From an uncultured delta proteobacterium (GTDB lineage Bacteria > Myxococcota_A > Polyangia > Polyangiales > Polyangiaceae): a stretch of DNA of 64,000 nucleotides. The position numbers and the translations under genes were made by a program. The stretch lies in assembly GCA_963782055.1 (NCBI GenBank), contig CAWAIF010000003.1, forward strand, positions 992,001 to 1,056,000. The letters run 5' to 3'. The notes under the pieces are model-generated. The model did no database searches. It saw only the letters and a program-made list of their open reading frames with translations, and had not been told where the DNA came from. This document shows, piece by piece, positions 44,186 through 53,359 of this stretch; within the stretch, counting starts at the first letter, position 1, and each line of letters opens with the position of its first letter.

Positions 44186-45217
44186 TCAGAAGGCGCCGAG
44201 GACACCGAAGACCACGCCGCTCTCCGCGTGCCCGCCGCGGTCCCCGGCGCCGACGAGAGGCGTCACCGTCGGCATGATCCACGCTCCGGCCGCGGCTGAG
44301 CCGTGCTTGTCGGCGTCCCCGGGGTTGGTCGGGGCGCCGAGGAGGTCCGGGGGGAGCTCGCGCCGCCGCGTCCCGTGGATGTCGGGCACGTAGTGCCACT
44401 GCGCCTCCACGACGCCGGCGATCATGGTGGCGGCGAGGGCCCCGAGCACCACCAGATCCGCCGTGCGGATGTCCCCCGCGCGGTGGGCGTAGAAGTTGTA
44501 GACCTGCGTCTTGTAATTCGCCGAGGTGGTGCTGTCGTCGGCGAGCGCGCCGTAGGCGCTGTCCACGCTCAGGCGGTAGCTGACGAAGAGCACGCCCGAG
44601 GCGACGATCATCGCCGCCTCCGAGCCGAAGAAGAGCCCGCCGAGCACCGGCTTGCCGTTCTGGAACTGGCCCACCCCGAAGGGGAGCATGGCGATCCAGC
44701 GCGAGTGGTGGTCGGTGTAGGCTTCCGTCGAGGCGAGCTCCCGCAGCTTGCGGAGCTGCTCCGCTTGCCGCGCCTTCTCCGCGGCTTCCGCCGCGCGCTT
44801 CGCGGCCTCCTGCCGGGCCTTCTCCTCGGCCTGGTGCTGCAGCACGCCGCGCAGCTTGGACTGCTCGTCGGTGAAGGTGTTGAGGACGTCGGTGGGGTAG
44901 GTGAGCGGGTCCGGCTGGTACTGCGGGTTCTTGCGGATGACCTTCTCGAAGAGGCCGGTCGCTTCCTTCTTCTTCCCCAGCGCGATGTCGACGGCGCCCC
45001 AGCACATCTGCGCCTCGATGATGACGTCGGGGCTGTGGAGCGTGCCGGTCGCCGGGTCGAGCATCGCCCGGAAGCGGGTGTCGGCGTCCTGGTAGTCCTT
45101 CTTCAGGTAGGCGTTGCGCGCCTTCTCGAAGTCGGCGCGCTCGTCGGCGCGGGCCACGCCCGCCGTCGCGAGGATCGCGACGAAGAGCGCGGCGGCGAGG
45201 GCGAAGCGTCTACGCAT
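44186..45217 (-). CDS. Exported TPR-like protein with hydrophobic C-terminal region
   Basis: Signal peptide ARA|DE; helical TPR-like N-terminus, coiled coil, LPFGVGQFQNG and hydrophobic segments. Confidence 0.65.
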   Translation of the reverse strand: MRRRFALAAALFVAILATAGVARADERADFEKARNAYLKKDYQDADTRFRAMLDPATGTLHSPDVIIEAQMCWGAVDIALGKKKEATGLFEKVIRKNPQYQPDPLTYPTDVLNTFTDEQSKLRGVLQHQAEEKARQEAAKRAAEAAEKARQAEQLRKLRELASTEAYTDHHSRWIAMLPFGVGQFQNGKPVLGGLFFGSEAAMIVASGVLFVSYRLSVDSAYGALADDSTTSANYKTQVYNFYAHRAGDIRTADLVVLGALAATMIAGVVEAQWHYVPDIHGTRRRELPPDLLGAPTNPGDADKHGSAAAGAWIMPTVTPLVGAGDRGGHAESGVVFGVLGAF

Positions 45218-45326
45218 GTGTGGACCGGTCCCCGGGCCGATGCCGGCGCGAGCTCGGGGTCATCTTATGCGCACTGACACGGCGCCCGCGCCAAATATCG
45301 CCGGGCCGGAGCCGGGGGCAGGGGCC

Positions 45327-47165
45327 CTAGGGGCCGAAGACCACCTTGGTGGACTGGCCGGCGATCACGTTCTTGGTGCTGCAGTGGCTGGGGTCCGCGC
45401 GGTCGCAGATGGTCACCAGCGCGCTTCCGCTCGCGCCCGTCAGCGGGATGGTGACCGGCGCGCCGGGGTGGACCACCTGGCCGGGGTTGCTCGAGACGCT
45501 GAAGGTGGCCGAGGCGTCGTCGCTCTGCACCGTCAGCAGCGCGGGCTTCATCTTGAGGTGGACGCCGCGGGTCTCGTCCTTGTTGCCGGCGGAGAGCACC
45601 TGCACCTCCGGCTCGCACGCGTCGCCCTTGCACGCGAACTTGAGCGTGTGCTCGTGCGAGTCGAAGGTGAGCACGGTGCCGTTGAGGGCGTCCTGGGGCG
45701 GGCCGTTGTCCAGCGAGACGACGACGCCCACGACCGGGCGCACATCCAGCGTCACCTTCCGCTGCGCCTTCTCCGCGGCGATGGACGCGGTGTGGATCGC
45801 CGTCGCCGTCGGGGCCGTCTGCACCGGCGGCGTCGACGCGGAGGCCGCCGCGACGCTCTCGGTGGCCGACGCCACCGGCGCGGTGGCCGAGGGCGGCGCG
45901 CTCGCGGTCGTGTTCGGCGCGACGGAGGCCGTCGCCTGGGGCGGGTCGGGCTTCACCCTGGGCGTGCGCAGCGCGCGCGTGGCGAAGAAGGCGGCGGTGC
46001 CCAGCGCCACGGTCGCCAGCGCCACCGGCGCGGCCCGCCGCAGCAGCCTCGCGCGAGCCTCGGCGCGGTGCATCCCGGCGACCACCCGCAGCAGGTGCGG
46101 GTCGGTCGGGGCGTAGGCGAGGGCGCGGTTGTAGTCGCGCGCCGCGTCGAGGGCGCGCCCCTCCTTGCGCGCGGCGGTCGCGAGCTTGCACAGCACGTCG
46201 ATCATCCGTTGCTCGTGCGCGGTGGCGTAGGCCTCGGGATCGTCGAAGAAGGTGGCGATCTCCTCGCGCGCGTCCGCCACGCCCAGCCGCGCCAGCTCGC
46301 CGGCCATCGCCTCCCGCATCTCGGAGGCGTCCGCGTAGCGGTCGGCCGGGTCGTGCGCGAGCGCCCTGTCCACGATGGCGCTCCACTGCGCGCCCACGGT
46401 GGGCTGCTCCAGATCGGCCGGCGCGTACTCGCCACCCAGCACGCGGCGGAGGACCTGCGCGGGGTTGTTGCCCTCGAAGGGCAGGTGACCCACCAGGCAC
46501 TCGTAGAGCAGCACGCCCATGCCGAACACGTCGGAGCGGGCGTCCACCTCCCCGCCCTCGATCTGCTCCGGCGCCATGTGCGCGGGGCTCCCCAGCACCT
46601 GGCCGGTGGAGGTGACGCCCTTGGCGTCGAGGAGCTTGGCGATGCCGAAATCGGTCAGCTTCACCTTCACTCGCGGCTCGTTGCCGGAGGGCGGCGGTTC
46701 CGCCGAGAGCGCGCGGTGCTCGAGCAGCACGTTCTCCGGCTTCACGTCGCGGTGAACCACGCCCTCGCCGTGGGCGTGACCCAGCGCCGCGAGCAGGTCC
46801 ATCGCGATGGAGGCCGCCACCTCCGGCGGCAGGGGCGCGTGCTCCTTCAGCAGGGTGCGAAGGGTGTGTCCGCGCACCAGCTCCACGACCAGGTACTGGT
46901 CGCGGTCGTTCTCCGACGAGACGTCGAACACCTCCACGATGTTGGGGTGCCGCAGCTTCGCCACGGCCTGCGCCTCGACGACGAACCGGTGGGCGACCTC
47001 CGGCGAGTCGCGCAGGTGCGGGTGGATCACCTTGACGGCGACGTCGCGGCCGAGGCGCCTGTCGTGCGCGCGATACACCGTCGCCATGCCGCCGTGCCCG
47101 ATCTCCTCGAGCACGTCGTACTTGGAGAGCTCGGGGGGGCGCGCCCCCGTCGCCGTGGCGACCAT
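45327..47165 (-). CDS. Membrane-anchored Ser/Thr protein kinase with PEGA-like C-terminus
   Basis: IGHGGMATVY, VAVK, HRDVKPEN, DFGIAK, MAPE; one TM followed by an Ala/Thr/Pro linker and a beta-rich tail. Confidence 0.9.
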   Translation of the reverse strand: MVATATGARPPELSKYDVLEEIGHGGMATVYRAHDRRLGRDVAVKVIHPHLRDSPEVAHRFVVEAQAVAKLRHPNIVEVFDVSSENDRDQYLVVELVRGHTLRTLLKEHAPLPPEVAASIAMDLLAALGHAHGEGVVHRDVKPENVLLEHRALSAEPPPSGNEPRVKVKLTDFGIAKLLDAKGVTSTGQVLGSPAHMAPEQIEGGEVDARSDVFGMGVLLYECLVGHLPFEGNNPAQVLRRVLGGEYAPADLEQPTVGAQWSAIVDRALAHDPADRYADASEMREAMAGELARLGVADAREEIATFFDDPEAYATAHEQRMIDVLCKLATAARKEGRALDAARDYNRALAYAPTDPHLLRVVAGMHRAEARARLLRRAAPVALATVALGTAAFFATRALRTPRVKPDPPQATASVAPNTTASAPPSATAPVASATESVAAASASTPPVQTAPTATAIHTASIAAEKAQRKVTLDVRPVVGVVVSLDNGPPQDALNGTVLTFDSHEHTLKFACKGDACEPEVQVLSAGNKDETRGVHLKMKPALLTVQSDDASATFSVSSNPGQVVHPGAPVTIPLTGASGSALVTICDRADPSHCSTKNVIAGQSTKVVFGP

Positions 47166-47224
47166 GCGCGCATCGTATCACCGTCTCCCTGTCGAGGGCG
47201 GCGAAGCCCGAGGGGCAGGGTCGG

Positions 47225-48754
47225 TCAACCCTTCAGACCGAGGCGCTTCAGACGGCTGCGCAGGGTGCTCTCCGAGAGCCCGAGGGACCGCGCGGCCCGC
47301 GACTGGTTGCCGCCGTGGCGGGCCAGGATCTGGGCGAGGATGTCGCGCTCCAGCCGGTCGAAGGTCGTCCCGCCCTCCGGCATGTCCAGCACGAGGGTGG
47401 TCGGGTCCACCGCCGGGACGCCGCCCGACGCCGTCGCCGGGTTGGGCATGCGCCCGCCGGAGGAGGAGGGGGGGGTGCTGGGGCGGCTGGCCATGCGCTC
47501 CGGCGTCTCGTCCCCCAGGCTGGGCGGCAGGTCCAGGTCCTCGACGTCCACCTCGCGGCCGGCGTGGTAGATGGCGACCCGCTCCATCACGTTCGCCAGC
47601 TCGCGGACGTTGCCGGCCCAGCCGTGTCGCTCCAGCGCGCGCCACGAGGCGTCGGTCACGCGGGGGAGAGGCCGGCCGATGCGCCGGGCGGCGGCCTCGA
47701 GCATGGGCTGGCCGAGCCCGCGCACGTCCTCGATGCGCTCGCGCAGCGGCGGCACGGTGATGGGCGCGACGGCGAGGCGGTAGTAGAGGTCCAGCCGGAA
47801 GTGCCCCGCCTTGGCGGAGGCGAGCAGGTCGCGGTTGGTGGCGGCGATGATGCGCAGGTCCACCCGGCGCGGGTCGCTCGACCCCACCGGCCAGATCTCC
47901 CGCGACTCCAGCGCGCGCAGCAGCATCGCCTGCAGGTTCGGCGGCGCCTCGCCAATCTCGTCCAGGAACAGGGTGCCGCCATCGGCCAGCTCGAAGAGGC
48001 CGCGCCTGGAGGCCTGCGCCCCCGTGAAGGCGCCCTTGACGTGGCCGAACAGCTCGCTGGTCATGAGCTCGGGCGGCAGGGCCGCGAGGTTCTGGGCGAC
48101 GAAGCGCCCGCGCTTGCGCGCGCTGCGCTCGTGGATCGCCTGCGCCACCAGCTCCTTGCCGACGCCCGTCTCCCCGACGAGCAGCACGTTGGCGTCCGTC
48201 CCGGCGACGGCGACGACCTGGTCGAGCACCTTCGCCATCGCCGGCGAGGTGACCATCAGCCGCGGGCGCACGGTGGCGATGGCCCGCGCCGCCACCTCCA
48301 CGTCATCCTTCAGGCGCGCGTTGGCGGCCTGCAGCTCGGCGACGAGCCGCCGGTTCTCCAGCGAGAGCCGCCGCTGCTCCGCCGCGCTCTCCATCGTCAG
48401 CTTGAGCTGCTCGGCCTCCCACGGCTTCTGCACGTAGGCGAAGACGTGCCCGCGGTTGACGGCGTCGGCGAGGTCGTCGTGATCCGTGTAGCCGGTCAGG
48501 AGCACGCGCTGCACGTCGGGGTGCAGCTCGCAGGCGTGGGCGAGCAGCTCCGAGCCGCGCATCGGGTCCATGCGCATGTCGCTCACCAGCACGTCGAACT
48601 CGCCGCCCTCGAGCAGGGCGAGGGCCTCCGCGCCGCCGGGGGCGAGCGTCACGTCGAAGTCGCCGCCGAAGACCGCCGCGAAGACCTCGCGCACGTCCTC
48701 CTCGTCGTCGACGTAGAGGACGCGCGTACGAGGGGGGTCCGGTGTGGAGGTCAC
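47225..48754 (-). CDS. NtrC-family sigma54 response regulator (REC-AAA+-HTH)
   Basis: [56 protein letters not shown]. Confidence 0.93.
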   Translation of the reverse strand: MTSTPDPPRTRVLYVDDEEDVREVFAAVFGGDFDVTLAPGGAEALALLEGGEFDVLVSDMRMDPMRGSELLAHACELHPDVQRVLLTGYTDHDDLADAVNRGHVFAYVQKPWEAEQLKLTMESAAEQRRLSLENRRLVAELQAANARLKDDVEVAARAIATVRPRLMVTSPAMAKVLDQVVAVAGTDANVLLVGETGVGKELVAQAIHERSARKRGRFVAQNLAALPPELMTSELFGHVKGAFTGAQASRRGLFELADGGTLFLDEIGEAPPNLQAMLLRALESREIWPVGSSDPRRVDLRIIAATNRDLLASAKAGHFRLDLYYRLAVAPITVPPLRERIEDVRGLGQPMLEAAARRIGRPLPRVTDASWRALERHGWAGNVRELANVMERVAIYHAGREVDVEDLDLPPSLGDETPERMASRPSTPPSSSGGRMPNPATASGGVPAVDPTTLVLDMPEGGTTFDRLERDILAQILARHGGNQSRAARSLGLSESTLRSRLKRLGLKG

Positions 48755-48761
48755 GCGCCCT

Positions 48762-49508
48762 TCACGTTACCAAAAGCTGCGCGATCTCGTCGTGGAAGCT
48801 CTTGAACGCGCTCTCGTTCGGCCACTCGGGGGCGCCGGCGAGCAGGGCGCGCGCGTCCTTGCGCTTGCCGTGGTCGATGGCGACGACCGCGGCGCCGTAG
48901 CGCATCGCCCAGTGCACCAGCGGGGAGGTGGAGGCGGCACGGACGAGCCGCTTCTCGTCGACCGCGTCGCTCTGGTGGGCGAACGCCCGCGCCAGCGCGT
49001 ACATGCCCTGCCTGAGCCGGGTGATCCGCCGGCGCGCGAGCACCCCCCCACGGGGCAGCGGGAGCTGCACCAGCGCATTGGCCTTGGAGAGCGCCTGCTC
49101 GCGCTCGCCCTCGAAGGTGTCGAGGAGGGTCTCCACGAAGAGACGCTGCTCCAGCGCCGCATCCCACGCCGGACCGCGCACCGCCCGCGCGAGCGCGCGA
49201 CGCGCCGCCTCCACCCAGCCGTAGGAGGCGTAGGCGGTGGCGATCATCAGCGGGGCCATCGTCTCGGGGTACATGATGCGCTCGATGGAGCGCTGCCACG
49301 TCTCCAGCACGCGCTGCACGTTGCCGCTCATCAAGAGGTGGCGCATGCGGCGGCGCGCGAGGAGGGCGGGGAGCGCGGCCGCGACGATCACCAGGGCCAG
49401 CGGGAGCAGGAAGCGGCGGTCCTGCACCGACTCGTGCGCCAGCCACAGGGCGCACGCGAGGCTCACCAGGAAGGGGAGCAAGGTGAGCGGCCGGACGCGT
49501 ACCGTCAT
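48762..49508 (-). CDS. Hypothetical membrane protein (2 TM plus helical domain)
   Basis: Two hydrophobic N-terminal segments; fills the gap between co-oriented genes with short spacers. Confidence 0.65.
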   Translation of the reverse strand: MTVRVRPLTLLPFLVSLACALWLAHESVQDRRFLLPLALVIVAAALPALLARRRMRHLLMSGNVQRVLETWQRSIERIMYPETMAPLMIATAYASYGWVEAARRALARAVRGPAWDAALEQRLFVETLLDTFEGEREQALSKANALVQLPLPRGGVLARRRITRLRQGMYALARAFAHQSDAVDEKRLVRAASTSPLVHWAMRYGAAVVAIDHGKRKDARALLAGAPEWPNESAFKSFHDEIAQLLVT

Positions 49509-49519
49509 CGCACCTCGAC

Positions 49520-50839
<1,320 letters not shown>

Positions 50840-50906
50840 GGGGGTGTTTTTAGCACGGATCGCGCGGCTTTTCGCAAGCGCGACCGAAAGAGTCCCGGAC
50901 GCCGCT

Positions 50907-51926
50907 TCAGCGGCCGGGGAAGTCGTCCGTCGAGATGGTGTTCACCGTCACCTCGGTGTGGTCGTCGCTCGGCCACTCTTCCCGCACGACGAGGCGGCTG
51001 GGGCGGTCGCGCGGGGCGTTGCCCATGACCTGACAGACCTTGCGCCACTCCTCCAGCGCCTCGCGCGCCAGCCGGAAGCGCCGCTCGCGGTCGCGCGCCA
51101 TCATCCGCTCCAGAAATCGCTCGATCGCCTGCGGCCACTCGTCGCCGGTCGTGGCGGCGAGCGATGGCGCCTCGCGGTCCAGCTTGAGCGCGATGAGGGT
51201 GAGGGCGTTGGAGCCCTCGAAGGGGAGGCGGCCGGTGAGCGCGCGGAAGGCCACGGCGCCCAGGGCGTAGAGATCCGCCCGCTCGTCGACCCGCGCCGAC
51301 CCCCGCACCTGCTCCGGCGCCATGTAGGCGAAGCTGCCGAGCGTCGCGTCGAAGGCGGTGAGGGAGGGCTCGCTCGACTTCTTGCCCTGCCGCCGGAGCT
51401 TGGAGATGCCGAAATCCAGGATGCGCGTGCGCTCCTCGACCTCCCCGGCGGCGACCTGCCTGGCGGTGAGCTGGCGGCGCTCGATGTAGAGGTTGGCCGG
51501 CTTGATGTCGCGGTGGATGACGCCGGCGGCGTGCGCGGCCATCAGGCCCTGCGTGGCGTCGTCGACGATGGGCGCCACGTCGGCGAAGGAGAGGTACTGC
51601 TCGCGCCGGAGCCGTTCGTCCAGGCCCTCGCCCTCCAGCCGCTCGAAGGCGATCCACAGGCGGCCGGTGCGGTCCTTCCCCGCGCCCAGGATGCCGGCGA
51701 CGTACGGCGACTTGATGTGCGCGGCGATGGAGGACTCGCGCTGGAAGCGGGCGACGAGATCGGGATCCTGCGCCGCGCGGTCGTGCAGCACCTTGAGGGC
51801 CACCTTCTCGCCCGCCTTGCCGTCTGCGGCGTAGACCTCTCCCATGCCGCCGTGGCCGATGAGGCGGCGGACCTTGTAGATGCCACCGATGGTGGATCCG
51901 ACGAGCGTGCCGCTGTCGGCGCCCAT
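50907..51926 (-). CDS. Cytoplasmic Ser/Thr protein kinase
   Basis: IGHGGMGEVY, VALK, HRDIKPAN, DFGISK, YMAPE; no TM; Thr-rich tail. Confidence 0.92.
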   Translation of the reverse strand: MGADSGTLVGSTIGGIYKVRRLIGHGGMGEVYAADGKAGEKVALKVLHDRAAQDPDLVARFQRESSIAAHIKSPYVAGILGAGKDRTGRLWIAFERLEGEGLDERLRREQYLSFADVAPIVDDATQGLMAAHAAGVIHRDIKPANLYIERRQLTARQVAAGEVEERTRILDFGISKLRRQGKKSSEPSLTAFDATLGSFAYMAPEQVRGSARVDERADLYALGAVAFRALTGRLPFEGSNALTLIALKLDREAPSLAATTGDEWPQAIERFLERMMARDRERRFRLAREALEEWRKVCQVMGNAPRDRPSRLVVREEWPSDDHTEVTVNTISTDDFPGR

Positions 51927-52087
51927 GCCTCGTGAACGATATCACGGGGGTCATGGGAGCGCGCGTACAACCGCCGGGCCGCGGCCACGGGGCCGGCGCC
52001 GCGGCGAGCCGCCGCCAGCCCCCGCGGGCGCGGGGCCTCACGTCGTTCTGGCCAGGCCGGACCGCGGCGCATATCTTGGCCTCTACC

Positions 52088-52492
52088 ATGCGCAACGTGA
52101 AGGACGTCGAGGCCTACCTGGAGAAGCTGAATCGGCAGTTCTCGGCGGTCGAGGACCAGCCGGGCACTTTCGTGATCGCGTCGGTGGACGGCAAGCCGCC
52201 CATCGCCGTTCGCGTCGACACGCCCCTCGTCGTACTGCGCGTGCACATCGGGGACGTGTCCAAGGCCGACGGCCCCGGGCTGACGGCCCTCTTCAAGCGC
52301 CTCCTGCAGCTCAACGCCGGGGAGCTCGTGCACGCCAGCTATGGCCTGGAGGGAGAGCGCATCGTCCTCTCCGCCGCGCTGGAGCTGGAGAACCTGGACT
52401 TCAACGAGATCGAGGCGACGCTGGACGAGATGGACATCGCCCTCGCGGAGCAGGTCCCCGAGCTGTCCGAGCTCTCCAAGAAGGCTTCGTAG
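52088..52492 (+). CDS. CesT/YbjN-like (type III chaperone fold) small acidic protein
   Basis: 134 aa; LFKRLLQLNA..LVHASYGLEGERIVLS..LELENLDFNE pattern; directly upstream of pspA. Confidence 0.65.
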   Translation: MRNVKDVEAYLEKLNRQFSAVEDQPGTFVIASVDGKPPIAVRVDTPLVVLRVHIGDVSKADGPGLTALFKRLLQLNAGELVHASYGLEGERIVLSAALELENLDFNEIEATLDEMDIALAEQVPELSELSKKAS

Positions 52493-52525
52493 TCGTCCCC
52501 CTCACCGGTCCGACGGGAAAAATCG

Positions 52526-53356
52526 ATGGGAATTTTCAGCCGCCTCGCCCAGCTCATCAAGTCCAACATCAACGACCTGATCAGCAAGTCCGAAGACCCG
52601 GAGAAGATGCTCAACCAGGTCGTTCTGGACATGAACAACCAGCTCGTGGAGGCCAAGAAGCAGGTCGCCTCCTCGATCGCCGACGAGAAGCGCCTGGCGA
52701 AGCAGTGCGAGCAGGAGCAGGCCAACGCCGCGGAGTGGGAGCGCCGCGCGATGATGGCGCTCCGCGCGGGCAACGAGGAGCTCGCGCGCGAGGCGCTCAC
52801 GCGCAAGAAGGAGCACGACCAGCTCGCTGTCACCTTCAAGGAGCAGTGGCAGAAGCAGAAGGCCGCCGTCGAGAAGCTGAAGCAGGCGCTTCGCATGCTC
52901 AACGACAAGATCGAGGAGGCCAAGCGCAAGAAGAACGTCCTCGTCGCCCGGAAGAAGCGCGCGGAGGCACAGCGCGCCATCCAGGAGACGATGAGCGGCC
53001 TGAAGGACCAGAGCGCCTTCGAGACGTTCGATCGCATGTCGCAGAAGATCGACCAGATCGAGGCGGAGGCGGAGGCGGGCGAGGAGCTGGCGGAGGAGTA
53101 CACCGGCGACGTCCTCGCCTCGCAGTTCGCCAAGCTTGAGCGCACCGCTGGCGCCGACGACGAGCTGGAGGCGCTCAAGCGCAAGATGGGCATGCTCCCC
53201 GACGAGGGCCCCAAGCCCGCCGAGGAGGCCCCCGTCCAGGCTCGCGTCGAGGCGCCGGCCCCCAAGAAGGCCGCCAGCGAGCAGGACGAGCTCGCCGCCG
53301 CCCTGGAGGAGCTGGAGGCCGAGCAGCAGGCCGAACAGAAGAAGATGGGCCGCTGA
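52526..53356 (+). CDS. pspA: PspA/IM30 (ESCRT-III superfamily) protein with C-terminal extension
   Basis: MGIFSRLAQLIKSNINDLISKSEDPEKML, EELAREAL, FDRMSQKI, DDELEALK. Confidence 0.93.
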   Translation: MGIFSRLAQLIKSNINDLISKSEDPEKMLNQVVLDMNNQLVEAKKQVASSIADEKRLAKQCEQEQANAAEWERRAMMALRAGNEELAREALTRKKEHDQLAVTFKEQWQKQKAAVEKLKQALRMLNDKIEEAKRKKNVLVARKKRAEAQRAIQETMSGLKDQSAFETFDRMSQKIDQIEAEAEAGEELAEEYTGDVLASQFAKLERTAGADDELEALKRKMGMLPDEGPKPAEEAPVQARVEAPAPKKAASEQDELAAALEELEAEQQAEQKKMGR

Positions 53357-53359
53357 CGC

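Noticed and set aside
51927..52087. Sigma54 promoter for the pspA operon
   Set aside because: Only a bare GG-N10-GC without TGGCAC/TTGC context. A TATCTT -10 box 10 nt before the ATG fits better.
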